Positions 25,544 through 36,395 of a stretch of 42,013 nt of DNA are shown here, in pieces; within the stretch, counting starts at the first letter, position 1; each line of letters starts with the position of its first letter. The notes beneath the pieces were generated by a model. It was given only the letters and a program-made list of their open reading frames with translations. It did no database searches and had not been told where the DNA came from. The position numbers were made by a program, and so were the translations under genes. This stretch comes from an uncultured Planctomycetales bacterium (GTDB lineage: Bacteria; Omnitrophota; Gorgyraeia; Zapsychrales; Fredricksoniimonadaceae), in assembly GCA_964532095.1 (NCBI GenBank), contig CAZHGK010000006.1:1-42013 (forward strand), given 5' to 3'.

Positions 25544-26376
25544 ATTTCCAATGAAATATCTATAGTTGCTCGAGAATGGGTTAAAGCGCCAATAGAAATG
25601 CGATCGATGCCAGTGGTTGCGTATGTGCGCACATTTTTTAAAGTGATCCCGCCCGATGCTTCTAACAGGATTTTCTTGTTTAGTGTATTTTTTAAAGCAA
25701 TGGCCTGACGGATATGTGCTGGTGTCATATTATCTAATAGAACAATATCTGCACGGCTCGTCAATACAGTTCGTAACTGTTTTAAATCATCAACTTCAAC
25801 AATTACGGTTTTGCGTGTTTGTGACTTGATCGCATTAATTTGATCAACCCATTGGTGGATGTCGATGAGTTGTCGGTGGTTATCTTTGATCATCACAGCA
25901 TCGGATAAATTTAAACGATGGTTCACTCCTCCGCCAGTTCGGACCGCATAGCGTTCCAATTCTCTCCATAACGGCATGGTTTTACGGGTATCTAGAATTT
26001 TAGCCTTTGTGCCTTTAACTGCTTGAACATATTCATGGGTTAATGTGGCAATGCCTGATAAATGGCTTAAAAGATTTAATAGGACGCGCTCGACAGTTAA
26101 GAGCACGCGGGCATTGGCTTCAACAGTAAGTATGGGTTTACGTGACGTAACCTTGGCACCCTCTTTAACGCTTGAGATGATTTTTAATTTTTTATCGAAA
26201 CGCTTAAGCATCCAAATAGCAATAGGCACCCCACACACAATGCCTGGGGATTTCATTAAGATATTGGCTCTGACGCGTTTACTCGACGGGATTAAATGGG
26301 AAGTGGTGATATCCCCTTGCGGGGCATCTTCTATTAATGCTTGAAGAATGGATTTTTGAGTAGTCAAAGAAAGCAT
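25534..26376 (-). CDS. nadC: Nicotinate-nucleotide diphosphorylase (quinolinate phosphoribosyltransferase)
   Basis: QPRTase pattern DITT...GIATLT...DTRKT.PLWR...GGG.NHR..L.D..MIKDNH. Confidence 0.9.
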   Translation of the reverse strand: MLSLTTQKSILQALIEDAPQGDITTSHLIPSSKRVRANILMKSPGIVCGVPIAIWMLKRFDKKLKIISSVKEGAKVTSRKPILTVEANARVLLTVERVLLNLLSHLSGIATLTHEYVQAVKGTKAKILDTRKTMPLWRELERYAVRTGGGVNHRLNLSDAVMIKDNHRQLIDIHQWVDQINAIKSQTRKTVIVEVDDLKQLRTVLTSRADIVLLDNMTPAHIRQAIALKNTLNKKILLEASGGITLKNVRTYATTGIDRISIGALTHSRATIDISLEICA

Positions 26377-26384
26377 GATGAATT

Positions 26385-29018
26385 TTATGCTGATAATCCA
26401 GCCAGAACACTATTGAGTTGCTGGATATCTTGATTTAAGGAAGCTAACCGTTCCCGTTCCTTTTCAATAACTTCTGCAGGCGCTTTTGAAACAAATGTCT
26501 CATTGGTCAGACGTGATTTTAAAGAATCTATGGCTTTTTGCTTGTTTTCAACTTCACTAAGCATGCGTCTTTTTTCTGCTGCTAAGTCCACCATGCCTGA
26601 TAAAGGAATAAAAACCTTCATTTGTGCAGCTAGACCTGTGGCGGAATCTTTAACCGTTGTTGTTTTAATATCAATTGTCAGTTCTTTTAATTTCGCTAAA
26701 CGAATAATATCTTGTCGATAATCTTCCAAAAGCTGACGATCGGTTTCTGTTAAGGGCACGAGAACAGCATCGACAGCATCATTTGGTTTAATCTTCCACT
26801 GGGTGCGGATGGTGCGAATAGTGCTAATCACATCCACTACTTTCTGCATAGATGTTTGCGAGGTATTATCCATTAACTTTGCTTCCATCGCCGGCCAAGC
26901 AGTGATCGATAAAGGTTTTGAATCTTTATGGATGTAGCTATAGATTTCCTCGGTAACAAAAGGAATAAATGGATGCATCATCTTTAACGAATTATTTAAA
27001 ACAAATACCAAGGTATGGCTGATATGAGGATCGCCAAACTTGCCCTTGGTTAATTCCAAATACCAATCGCAATAATCTCCCCAGAAGAAATCATAAATTA
27101 GATTTTCTGCTTCGGAATAACGGAAGGTTTCAATAGCTACTTCCACCTGCTTAAGTGTTTGGTAAAAACGGGCCAAGATCCATTTCGACGGTAAATCTAA
27201 GTTTCTTGGGTCAGGTGCGGTTTCAGCCAAAGGCAAAGCAGCTTCGGAATTCGTGAATACTAACCGTGAGGCATTCCATATTTTATTGGCAAAATTACGG
27301 CCAATTTCAAATTTATCTTTGGCGATGAAAATATCTTGTCCCGAATTGATGATTAAACTAAAACGTAAGGCATCTGCCCCATACTCCTCGATGATTTCTA
27401 AAGGATCGATGGCATTGCCTAAGGATTTAGACATTTTACGGCCTTTGGCGTCACGCACCGTTCCATGGATATACACTTCTGTAAAAGGAGCCTTACCCAT
27501 GAATTCATATCCTGCCATAATCATACGGGCCACCCAGAAAAAGATGATTTCCGACGCTGTAAACAGCGTATTGGTAGGATAGAATTTCTTTAAGTCATCC
27601 GTTGTTTTAGGCCAACCAAGTGTTGCAAACGGCCACAGCCACGAGGAAAACCATGTGTCTAAGACATCAGGATCTTGAGTTAAGGCAATATCTTTGCCAT
27701 GTTTGGCACGAGCCTGTTTTTTAGCATCTGCTTCATTACGGGCCACAAACACATTGTCTTCGGTGTCATACCACACAGGGATGCGGTGTCCCCACCAGAT
27801 CTGACGGGAAATACACCAATCCCGAATTCCTTCCATCCAGTTGATATAGAATTTCTCCCAACGTTCTGGACGGATTTTAATGGTGCCGTTCTTAACAGCT
27901 TCAAGTGCTGGCTTAGACAATGGTGCCATTTTGACAAACCATTGCTTTGATAAGTATGGTTCAACAACCGTATCACAGCGGTAGCAGTGACCAACGGCAT
28001 GTTTATGATCTTCAATCTTAACTAAATACCCTTGTTCTTCTAATTGGGCGACTAATTTTTTGCGGGCATCGAAACGATCCAGGCCATTAAACGGTCCACC
28101 CTGTTCATTAATTTTGCCGTCGGGATGCATGACATTGATCATGGGAAGTTTATGACGTTGTCCCATGGCAAAGTCATTAGGGTCATGGGCAGGCGTGACT
28201 TTAACCGCACCAGTTCCAAACTCACTGGCCACATACTCGTCGTTGATAATGGGGATTTCACGCCCCAAGATAGGCAGAATTAATTTCTGGCCATTGGTGC
28301 CCTTGTAACGTTCATCACTTGGATTAACCGCAACAGCCGTATCCCCCAGCATGGTTTCAGGACGGGTTGTGGCAACAACAACGAATTGTTCAGGATTATT
28401 TTTAAAAGAATATTTGATGTGATACAGCTTGCCGTTTTTTTCTTTATGCTCTGCTTCTTCATCGGACAAAGCTGTTTGGCAACGTGGGCACCAATTGATA
28501 ATGCGTTCGCCACGATAAATCAAATCTTTTTCATACAACCGGATAAAGACTTCTTTAACAGCATCGCTATAGGCATCATCCATGGTAAAACGGGTGCGCG
28601 ACCAATCGCAGGACGAACCTAGTTTTTCTAATTGATGGATAATGGTATCGCCGTATTCTTGCTTCCAGCCCCAGAGGCGTTTTAAGAATTCTTCGCGGCC
28701 TAAATCATGGCGACTTTTGCCTTCTTTGGCTAATTGCTTCTCGACGACATTTTGAGTGGCAATCCCCGCATGGTCGGTGCCCGGCATCCATAAGGCCTCG
28801 CAACCCTTCATACGTTTGTAGCGGATGAGAATATCTTGCAAGGTATTGTTGAGGGCGTGGCCCATGTGCAATATCCCTGTGACATTCGGTGGCGGAATCA
28901 CAATGGTAAAGCTTGGTTTCTTAGAAATTGCATCTGCGTGGAAAATATTCTGCTTTTCCCAAACCTTCAGCCACTTCTCTTCTGTCTCTTTAAAATTATA
29001 TCGAGGAGCTAATTCCAT
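26385..29018 (-). CDS. valS: Valine--tRNA ligase
   Basis: PPPNVTGILHMGHA (HIGH), KMSKSLGN (KMSKS), the CP1 editing region and a C-terminal coiled coil. Confidence 0.97.
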   Translation of the reverse strand: MELAPRYNFKETEEKWLKVWEKQNIFHADAISKKPSFTIVIPPPNVTGILHMGHALNNTLQDILIRYKRMKGCEALWMPGTDHAGIATQNVVEKQLAKEGKSRHDLGREEFLKRLWGWKQEYGDTIIHQLEKLGSSCDWSRTRFTMDDAYSDAVKEVFIRLYEKDLIYRGERIINWCPRCQTALSDEEAEHKEKNGKLYHIKYSFKNNPEQFVVVATTRPETMLGDTAVAVNPSDERYKGTNGQKLILPILGREIPIINDEYVASEFGTGAVKVTPAHDPNDFAMGQRHKLPMINVMHPDGKINEQGGPFNGLDRFDARKKLVAQLEEQGYLVKIEDHKHAVGHCYRCDTVVEPYLSKQWFVKMAPLSKPALEAVKNGTIKIRPERWEKFYINWMEGIRDWCISRQIWWGHRIPVWYDTEDNVFVARNEADAKKQARAKHGKDIALTQDPDVLDTWFSSWLWPFATLGWPKTTDDLKKFYPTNTLFTASEIIFFWVARMIMAGYEFMGKAPFTEVYIHGTVRDAKGRKMSKSLGNAIDPLEIIEEYGADALRFSLIINSGQDIFIAKDKFEIGRNFANKIWNASRLVFTNSEAALPLAETAPDPRNLDLPSKWILARFYQTLKQVEVAIETFRYSEAENLIYDFFWGDYCDWYLELTKGKFGDPHISHTLVFVLNNSLKMMHPFIPFVTEEIYSYIHKDSKPLSITAWPAMEAKLMDNTSQTSMQKVVDVISTIRTIRTQWKIKPNDAVDAVLVPLTETDRQLLEDYRQDIIRLAKLKELTIDIKTTTVKDSATGLAAQMKVFIPLSGMVDLAAEKRRMLSEVENKQKAIDSLKSRLTNETFVSKAPAEVIEKERERLASLNQDIQQLNSVLAGLSA

Positions 29019-30586
29019 TATTTCTTATCTTTAAGTAATTTATATTCGACACTATCCACGAGAGCTTCCCAGCTGGCTTCAATCACATTCTCATGCACAC
29101 CAACCGTTGTCCAGGAATCATGCGTATCATGCGATTCAATCAGAACACGTACCTTGGCCCCAGTGCCTGCCTTGCTATCTAATACGCGTACCTTATAGTC
29201 GGATAAATGCATATCTTCCAGGTTAGGATAGAATTTCTTTAAGGCTCCTCGTAAGGCGCGGTCTAAAACTTCCACAGGCCCATGCCCTTCGATAGTGACC
29301 ATTTGATCCTGGCCATTGACCTTTAAGCGCACGGTGGCCCCTGCTTGTACGCCGCCGTCTAATTTACGCTCGGTAAACACTTTAAATCCATCCAAATGGA
29401 AAAACGGTTGGTACAATTTTAAAGTGCGTTTCATAAATAATTCAAAGGAAGCATCCGCAGCTTCGAATTGGTAGCCCATGTGCTCACGCTCTTGCAATTC
29501 CACGAGTAAGGCCTTGGTTTGAGCGGCATTTTTATCCAATTGGATATTTAATTTCTGTGCCTTTAATACAATGGGCATTTTGCCAGCCAATTCGGATGTT
29601 AATAAACGGCTATGATTCCCGACGATGGTTGGGTCAATATGCTCATAGGCTTTTGGGTTTTTTAAGATCGCATCAATATGCACCCCACCCTTATGGGCAA
29701 AGGCTGAATGTCCTACAAATGGATGATTATTCGACAGCGTATAATTGCTGACTTCGCTTAAATAATAGGAAGTATCCATGAGCAATTTGATTTTGCTTTC
29801 AGGCAATGATTTGGTTTTCATTTTTGTATGCAAGATAGCAACGATCGTACAAAGGTCTGCATTCCCGCAACGTTCACCTAAACCATTGAATGTTCCTTGC
29901 ACTTGGATGCATCCGGCATTGATTGCAGCTAAACTATTAGCCACTGCTAAATCCTGGTCGTTATGGGTATGAATACCTAATTGGACCTTAATTTTTGCTT
30001 TTACCACTTTGACGATCTTGGTGATCTCTTCAGGCAAGGTTCCGCCGTTGGTGTCACACAAAATAATGCAATCAGCCTTAGCTTTTTGGGCCGCTAAAAT
30101 TGTTTTTAATGCATACGCAGGGTTTTGCTTGTACCCATCAAAGAAATGCTCGGCATCGTAAAACACTTCCCGCTTGTGGGATTTTAGAAATGCCACAGAA
30201 TCAAAAATCATCTGCACATTTTCTTCCAAGGTGGTTTTTAAAACATCTTTGACATGCAAATCCCAGCTTTTACCGAAGATGGTAACGGTTGGGGTTTTAG
30301 AGGCAATCAGTTCATTAAGATTCGTATCATCTTTTGCAGCGATATTTGCCCGACGGGTAGAACCAAAGGCTGCTAATTTTGCATTCTTAAGTTTCTTGCC
30401 CTTCATCACCTCAAAGTATTCCTTATCCTTGGGGTTTGAACCAGGCCAGCCGCCTTCGATGTAATGGACTCCTAATTCATCCAATTTCTCGGTGATTTTG
30501 ACTTTATCATTCACACTATACGATACGCCTTCGGTTTGCGATCCGTCGCGTAAGGTGGTGTCGTAGATGACTATATTTTTAGGCAT
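29018..30586 (-). CDS. cimA: (R)-citramalate synthase (LeuA-related family)
   Basis: YDTTLRDGSQTEGVSYS...IEGGWPGSNPKD plus a C-terminal LeuA-dimer regulatory domain. Length and N-terminus fit the CimA branch rather than LeuA. Confidence 0.8.
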   Translation of the reverse strand: MPKNIVIYDTTLRDGSQTEGVSYSVNDKVKITEKLDELGVHYIEGGWPGSNPKDKEYFEVMKGKKLKNAKLAAFGSTRRANIAAKDDTNLNELIASKTPTVTIFGKSWDLHVKDVLKTTLEENVQMIFDSVAFLKSHKREVFYDAEHFFDGYKQNPAYALKTILAAQKAKADCIILCDTNGGTLPEEITKIVKVVKAKIKVQLGIHTHNDQDLAVANSLAAINAGCIQVQGTFNGLGERCGNADLCTIVAILHTKMKTKSLPESKIKLLMDTSYYLSEVSNYTLSNNHPFVGHSAFAHKGGVHIDAILKNPKAYEHIDPTIVGNHSRLLTSELAGKMPIVLKAQKLNIQLDKNAAQTKALLVELQEREHMGYQFEAADASFELFMKRTLKLYQPFFHLDGFKVFTERKLDGGVQAGATVRLKVNGQDQMVTIEGHGPVEVLDRALRGALKKFYPNLEDMHLSDYKVRVLDSKAGTGAKVRVLIESHDTHDSWTTVGVHENVIEASWEALVDSVEYKLLKDKK

Positions 30587-30597
30587 ATAAACCTCAA

Positions 30598-31821
30598 TTA
30601 CGGTTGTTCTAATTTAAACACCTTATGTAATGCTTTAACGGCTTTATCAGCCAAATCTTGCTGGATAATACAAGACACGCTGATTTCCGATGTAGAAATC
30701 ATGTCGATATTGATTTTATGCTCAGCTAAGGTGCGAAACATTTTAGCGGCAATCCCTGTATGGGAACGCATCCCGGAACCGACCAAGGAAACGCGGGCGA
30801 CATTTTTGTCTTCCATGATTTCCCCAGCCCCAATTTTCTTACCAATAATCCCAGTGGCTTTTAATGCTTTGCTTAAATCAGCTTTGGGGACGGTAAATGA
30901 GATATCAGATAATTTATCATGCGGGACGTTTTGCACGATGGTATCGACGTTAACGCCCTGTTTAGAAATTTCTCCAAAAATAATTGCCGCAATCCCTGGT
31001 TTATCAGGCACGGAGCAAATAGTAATTTTCGCTTCATTCTTATTGCAGGTCACCCCGCGAACAGCAACCTCTTCCATTTTTTCTGTTTCTTTGATAATCA
31101 TGGTCCCTTCCTCCTTTGAAAAGCTTGAGCGAACATGTAACGGAATATTAAACCTTTTGGCAACTTCTATCGAGCGTGCCTGCATGATCTGGGCACCGAG
31201 CGACGCCATTTCCAGCATTTCATCAAATGTGATCTGCTTGATCTTGCGTGCTTCTTTAACAATGCGTGGGTCGGTGGTGTAAATTCCGTCCACGTCTGTA
31301 TAAATTTCACAAACCTTGGCCTTTAAGGCCTTGGCTAAGGCAACTGCGGTTAAATCAGAACCGCCCCGGCCTAAGGTTGTAATATCATCGTCGGACGTGA
31401 CCCCTTGATAACCAGCGACAATAACAATTTTATCGTTTTTAAATGCTTTCTTAATACGTTTATCGTCGATGGTGATGATGCGGGCCTTGGTGTGGGTTTT
31501 ATCTGTCTTGATCCCCACCTGGCGTCCGGTAAATGAGATGGCATCATACCCTAATTCTTTAATGGCAATGGCCAACAAGGCGCAGGAAATCTGTTCGCCT
31601 GTTGAGAGCAACATATCCATTTCACGGTCAGGTGGATTTTTGCTTAATTGGAATGCCAAGGTTTCTAAATCATCGGTTGTGTCCCCAAGCGCGGAAACAA
31701 CAACAGCGATGTCGGTCTTTTTATTTTTATAAGACACGACCCTTTGGGCCACGTTTTTAATGCGGTCGACATTGGCAACCGAAGACCCGCCGAATTTTTG
31801 AACAATGATTTCTTTGTCCAT
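30598..31821 (-). CDS. lysC: Aspartate kinase
   Basis: VQKFGGSSVA at the N-terminus, a kinase core and two C-terminal ACT domains. Confidence 0.92.
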   Translation of the reverse strand: MDKEIIVQKFGGSSVANVDRIKNVAQRVVSYKNKKTDIAVVVSALGDTTDDLETLAFQLSKNPPDREMDMLLSTGEQISCALLAIAIKELGYDAISFTGRQVGIKTDKTHTKARIITIDDKRIKKAFKNDKIVIVAGYQGVTSDDDITTLGRGGSDLTAVALAKALKAKVCEIYTDVDGIYTTDPRIVKEARKIKQITFDEMLEMASLGAQIMQARSIEVAKRFNIPLHVRSSFSKEEGTMIIKETEKMEEVAVRGVTCNKNEAKITICSVPDKPGIAAIIFGEISKQGVNVDTIVQNVPHDKLSDISFTVPKADLSKALKATGIIGKKIGAGEIMEDKNVARVSLVGSGMRSHTGIAAKMFRTLAEHKINIDMISTSEISVSCIIQQDLADKAVKALHKVFKLEQP

Positions 31822-31822
31822 T

Positions 31823-33022
31823 TTATCCTTTCTTTAAAAACTGCTGGATCATCTCCAGCCCACTCGTGAATTTAATTCCTAAACGACCAGCTTCTGCTTC
31901 ATTATAACTTCCTGCTCCATTGGAGGTAATACCGCTTCCTGCCATTACAAAAGGTACGGGTGTTCGGGTATGCGTGCGTTTGACAATGGGTGTTGGATGA
32001 TCCGGTGAAATTAAAATACGCACATCAGCCCCTTGCCCAAAATGATTTAAAATGGTGCCAACGATTTCACGGTCAAAATCTTCAATGCTTTTAATTTTGG
32101 CAGCCAGATCGCCATTATGGCCAGCCTCGTCGGGTGCTTCCACATGCACATAAACAAAATCATGGGTCTTTAATGATTCAAGGGCATATTCTGCCTTGCC
32201 CTTATAATTCGTATCGTAATATCCGTTAGCCCCTGGAACGGAAATCACATTCAAACCTGCTAAACGCCCAATGCCATTAACCAAATCAACAGCAGAAATC
32301 ACAGAGCCTGTTAAACCGTAACGCGATTTAAATGACGGGATATTGGGTTTACAGCCCTGGCCCCATAGCCAAATCATGTTGGCAGTGGTTTCATTTAAAC
32401 TTGTTTTCACTGTATTTAATTGATGCGCAGGCAGAAATTTTTTTGCTTTTTCCATTAAGGCTAATAACACTTCGCACTGTGGCCCTTGGGGTAAATATGC
32501 AGCTATTTCTTTGCCAATAATATCGTGCGGCGGAGTAGTTTTAATGGCCATCATTTTTGATACACCAATGGTTTTTACAACCATTAAATGCCGGTAACTC
32601 TTGCCGGGAAAGAAACGCACATCTGGCCAATCAATATTACGGGCTAAATCTTCAATCAATATTTTTGCTTCTTCCGTCGCTATATGACCGGCACTATAAT
32701 CGACCATGACACCTTTTTCCACATGCACTAAATTGCAACGGAAAGCTACTTCATCATCTTTAAGCATGATACCGATATTGGCAGCTTCAAGCGGTGCCCG
32801 TCCTGAGAAATGTTTGGCTGGCTCATAGCCCATTAATGCTAAATTTCCAATATCAGACCCCGGAGGAAAACCATCAGGAATGGTTTGCACCAAGGCGCTT
32901 ACGCCCTGCTGGGCCAAGAAATCCATGTTGGGTGTCGACGCTGCTTCTAAAGGGGTCTTTCCTTGCAATTGGGCATTAGGCTCGTCGGCTGCGCCATCTG
33001 GGACTAGGATAATATATTTCAT
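31823..33022 (-). CDS. Cofactor-independent phosphoglycerate mutase-like metalloenzyme (ApgM family), proposed alternative homoserine kinase
   Basis: ApgM-type N-terminus MKYIILVPDGAADEP and the metal site VHVEAPDEAGHNGD. It is embedded in a hom-thrC...lysC operon that has no thrB. Confidence 0.8.
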   Translation of the reverse strand: MKYIILVPDGAADEPNAQLQGKTPLEAASTPNMDFLAQQGVSALVQTIPDGFPPGSDIGNLALMGYEPAKHFSGRAPLEAANIGIMLKDDEVAFRCNLVHVEKGVMVDYSAGHIATEEAKILIEDLARNIDWPDVRFFPGKSYRHLMVVKTIGVSKMMAIKTTPPHDIIGKEIAAYLPQGPQCEVLLALMEKAKKFLPAHQLNTVKTSLNETTANMIWLWGQGCKPNIPSFKSRYGLTGSVISAVDLVNGIGRLAGLNVISVPGANGYYDTNYKGKAEYALESLKTHDFVYVHVEAPDEAGHNGDLAAKIKSIEDFDREIVGTILNHFGQGADVRILISPDHPTPIVKRTHTRTPVPFVMAGSGITSNGAGSYNEAEAGRLGIKFTSGLEMIQQFLKKG

Positions 33023-33639
33023 TTTCTTAATAAACTCACTAAATGTTGAGCAATTGCGTGTTTTGTTTTTGTTTTCACTAAAAGCCTGCCATCCGCATCA
33101 AGGATAAATCCTTGGTATCCGTTATTAAGGCTATTGGCGACGACTAAATCACATCCTGATTCAGTAAAAAGTTCTTTTGTTTCCTTATAAATATTACCTT
33201 TGTTGAATTTCGATTCTAGCTTAAAACCAACCAAGCATGTGTTAGGGGCGATTGCCTTGATTGCTTGAATTAGTTTTTCAGTTGGTGTTAAAGCTAAACT
33301 TAACGCTTTGCCTGATGCGATCTTTGTTTTTGAAACCTTAGTTACTTTAAAATCTGAAACTGCTGCCGCGTGGATAACAATATCAGGTTTATTTCTTAAT
33401 TGCGCCTTTAAGGTTTTCGATAATTCATCAAAGAACTGGTACTTTATAATGCGAGCACGCTTCCCTTGCCATGGATGGGTAACTGGTCCTTCGATGACAG
33501 TGACGTTGGCGCCAATTTTTAAGAAAGCATCAGCAATTAAATGTCCCATCTCGCCGGAGGAAACATTGCTGATCACACGTACTTGATCGATTGCCACCCA
33601 TGTTGGACCACAGGTGATAAGAACGTTAAAATTTTTCAT
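33019..33639 (-). CDS. coaB: Stand-alone phosphopantothenate--cysteine ligase (CoaB domain only)
   Basis: ITCGPTWVAIDQVRVISNVSSGEMG matches the CoaB signature of Dfp (GPT.E.ID.VR.I.N.SSG.MG). There is no CoaC flavoprotein domain. Confidence 0.8.
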   Translation of the reverse strand: MKNFNVLITCGPTWVAIDQVRVISNVSSGEMGHLIADAFLKIGANVTVIEGPVTHPWQGKRARIIKYQFFDELSKTLKAQLRNKPDIVIHAAAVSDFKVTKVSKTKIASGKALSLALTPTEKLIQAIKAIAPNTCLVGFKLESKFNKGNIYKETKELFTESGCDLVVANSLNNGYQGFILDADGRLLVKTKTKHAIAQHLVSLLRK

Positions 33640-33695
33640 AAATAAGCTTTAAGATTCTTCTGGGCTATAAAACGTGGCCCATCAGAATGACATCA

Positions 33696-34751
33696 CTAAA
33701 GTCCGATAAGTTTTAATATAGCGTTACGATCAGATGTCACAACCGTTGGCTGAGGTAAATCATGCATGGCGGTTTTTGGATCCTTAAGGCCATGACCCGT
33801 GACAGTGCAGACGATGCGGCCATTCTTATGTTCGGCAAAATAACCAGCTTTTGCCAGTTTGATAATACCGGCAATGGGTGCTGCAGATGCTGGTTCAACA
33901 AACACGCCTGTTGTTGCAGCCAATAAATGATACGCTTCTAAGATTTCTTTATCAGTTACGGCATCAATAAGGCCGCGGCTTTCATCCCTAGCACTAACAG
34001 CCTGTTTCCAGCTTGCAGGATTACCAATGCGAATGGCTGTGGCAATTGTTTCCGGATTGTCGATGATGCGATTATGCACAATCGGGGCTGACCCAGCTGC
34101 CTGGAAGCCTAACATCTTGGGCAATGTTTGAATCTTTGCCAAGCCTTTATATTCTTTATACCCTTTCCAGTAGGCTGTAATATTTCCAGCATTACCGACG
34201 GGTATGGCATGGAATTCTGGCGCATCACCTAGAAAATCACAAATTTCAAAGGCAGCGGTCTTTTGACCTTCTATGCGAAATGGGTTAATGGAATTAACCA
34301 ATTCCACAGGATAATTATCTGTAATATCTTTGACTAAATTTAAGGCATCATCAAAATTTCCTTTGACGGCAATGACCTGCGCCTGGTGGACCATGGCCTG
34401 GGCAAGCTTGCCCATGGCAATATTACCGTCGGGAATTAAAACAACACATTTCATGCCTGCACGCACCGCATAGGCAGCTGCAGAGGCGGATGTGTTGCCG
34501 GTTGAGGCACACATAACAACCTTGGCTCCCTTTTCTTTGGCCTTTGAAATGGCCATGGTCATGCCGCGGTCTTTAAATGAGCCTGTGGGATTTAAACCCT
34601 CATATTTTAAGAATACTTGCAAACCGGTGATCGCTGACAATGAGTCTGCAGGGATGAGCGGCGTATTGCCTTCGTATAAAGTAACGACGGGTGTTTTATC
34701 TGTTACTGGCAAGTATTCGCGGTAGCGATTGATTAAACCTGTCCAACGCAT
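33696..34751 (-). CDS. thrC: Threonine synthase
   Basis: PLP-lysine motif GSFKDRGMT, and the start/stop is shared with hom. Confidence 0.92.
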   Translation of the reverse strand: MRWTGLINRYREYLPVTDKTPVVTLYEGNTPLIPADSLSAITGLQVFLKYEGLNPTGSFKDRGMTMAISKAKEKGAKVVMCASTGNTSASAAAYAVRAGMKCVVLIPDGNIAMGKLAQAMVHQAQVIAVKGNFDDALNLVKDITDNYPVELVNSINPFRIEGQKTAAFEICDFLGDAPEFHAIPVGNAGNITAYWKGYKEYKGLAKIQTLPKMLGFQAAGSAPIVHNRIIDNPETIATAIRIGNPASWKQAVSARDESRGLIDAVTDKEILEAYHLLAATTGVFVEPASAAPIAGIIKLAKAGYFAEHKNGRIVCTVTGHGLKDPKTAMHDLPQPTVVTSDRNAILKLIGL

Positions 34752-36046
34752 TATAACTTCTCCATGCGAATGGCCACAGGTTTCCCTCGGACAATTGCCA
34801 ATTCTGCAATTTGTTCTAAGGCATCTTTCACCTGGCGTTCATTGACCTGATGGGTCAGCATGACAACAGGCACGGTAGACCCTTTGTTTTCTTGTTTCTG
34901 GGTCACCGAGGAGATGGAAATATTATGCTGGCCTAATACCTTTGTAATGGCAGCCAAGACACCTGGTTTATCTGTAACCATAAAGCGTATATAGAATCTG
35001 GTTTCAACTTCATCAATTTTTCTTAAAGAGATATTGGCCACTTCATCTGCGGGATTAAAAGCCCAGATACATGCTGGTGCATCGACGCGAATTCCTAAAT
35101 TAACTAAATCCGCAACCACACCCATGGCTGCTGTGGCTTGTCCTGCACCCTGGCCTTCGATGAAGACATCACCAAGAGGATCAGCATCTAACAGCACGGC
35201 ATTGTCGACTCCATTAACCGTTGCCAACCCATGATCTTCTGGGATCATCGTCGGGTGAACACGCACATCCAGTTGATTACCGATTTTTTTGCCGATGGCT
35301 AATAAACAGATTTTTAATTTTAGGCTTTCTGCAAATTCAATATCTTCATGGGAAATCTGGCTAATTCCCTCGACATAAATATCTTTAACGCTGACTAATT
35401 TGCCCATGGTGATGAAAACCAAAATGGCTAATTTGTAGGCAGTGTCCATCCCGCTGATATCCAGGCTGGGATTGCTTTCCGCATAACCTTTTTCCTGGGC
35501 TTCTTTTAAGGCTTGAGCAAAGGTCAGTTTATTTTTGGACATCACAGTTAAGATGTAATTGCATGTGCCATTGATGATGCCATAGACGCCGTTAAATTTA
35601 TTGCCAGCCATCCCTTCAGTAATTGTACGGATAATGGGCACCCCAGCACCGACGGAAGATTCAAATAGGATACTGCAGCCATTGGCATCAGCTTCTTTAA
35701 AAAGTTCCAAACCGCATTCCGCGATTAAGGCTTTATTAGCCGTCACGACGTGTTTTTTGGCCCTTAATGCGCCCAGCACAATTTCTTTAGCTGGAGACAG
35801 CCCGCCAATTAACTCCACGACAACGTGGATATCCGGATCTTTAAGGATGGAATGATAATCCGAAGTTAAGGCTGTTTGATCCAAGGCTGGGTTTGGCTTT
35901 TTAGAAAGACTACGGTCACAGATGGTTTTGATAAAGAAATCCGTGTCATACTTAGCGCGTAAGAATTTCCGACGGCTTTTAAGTACTTTAACCACTCCTT
36001 GACCAACGACACCATAACCAATTAAACCGATATTAATACGATCCAT
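34751..36046 (-). CDS. hom: Homoserine dehydrogenase
   Basis: N-terminal Rossmann [13 protein letters not shown], a catalytic domain and a C-terminal ACT domain. Confidence 0.92.
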   Translation of the reverse strand: MDRINIGLIGYGVVGQGVVKVLKSRRKFLRAKYDTDFFIKTICDRSLSKKPNPALDQTALTSDYHSILKDPDIHVVVELIGGLSPAKEIVLGALRAKKHVVTANKALIAECGLELFKEADANGCSILFESSVGAGVPIIRTITEGMAGNKFNGVYGIINGTCNYILTVMSKNKLTFAQALKEAQEKGYAESNPSLDISGMDTAYKLAILVFITMGKLVSVKDIYVEGISQISHEDIEFAESLKLKICLLAIGKKIGNQLDVRVHPTMIPEDHGLATVNGVDNAVLLDADPLGDVFIEGQGAGQATAAMGVVADLVNLGIRVDAPACIWAFNPADEVANISLRKIDEVETRFYIRFMVTDKPGVLAAITKVLGQHNISISSVTQKQENKGSTVPVVMLTHQVNERQVKDALEQIAELAIVRGKPVAIRMEKL

Positions 36047-36056
36047 AACATTACAC

Positions 36057-36395
36057 CTATTTGATTTTTTCTAGTACCGACAGATCTTCAGTATCTGACG
36101 GTGTAAGATTGACGAATTTAACCCTCACATCCGAGGCCGACATTGTTGGCCGTTTGGTATTTTCAACCACGACCGCAGTGAGCTCTAATATTCTCGGCGC
36201 GAGCTGAGGAATTCTAATTTGTAATTTTAAAACATCATCCTTCTGGATATTAATATGCGCAACAAACTTAGTACCGCCGGTGCTGATATTCTCAATCGTT
36301 GTCATGTCCCATTTTGGAGGATTATCCGCAGCATTACAAAACCTAACATTTAAAGGTTTGGTAATTCGTTTATGCTGGCGATTTTCGTCGGTCAT
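36057..36395 (-). CDS. PilZ-domain protein
   Basis: RQHKR (RxxxR) and NISTGG ([DN]xSxxG) c-di-GMP-binding motifs. Confidence 0.8.
   Translation of the reverse strand: MTDENRQHKRITKPLNVRFCNAADNPPKWDMTTIENISTGGTKFVAHINIQKDDVLKLQIRIPQLAPRILELTAVVVENTKRPTMSASDVRVKFVNLTPSDTEDLSVLEKIK

Noticed and set aside
17124-31282. Long antisense ORFs inside conserved genes, for example 17124-17474(+), 19065-19265(+), 22597-23082(+), 23241-23705(+), 30701-31282(+) and 27680-28015(-)
   Set aside because: Each lies fully within, and opposite or out of frame to, a gene with strong family signatures (PNPOx, the Mo-hydroxylase subunits, lysC, valS). Their sequences are low-complexity or biased, as expected for shadow ORFs.
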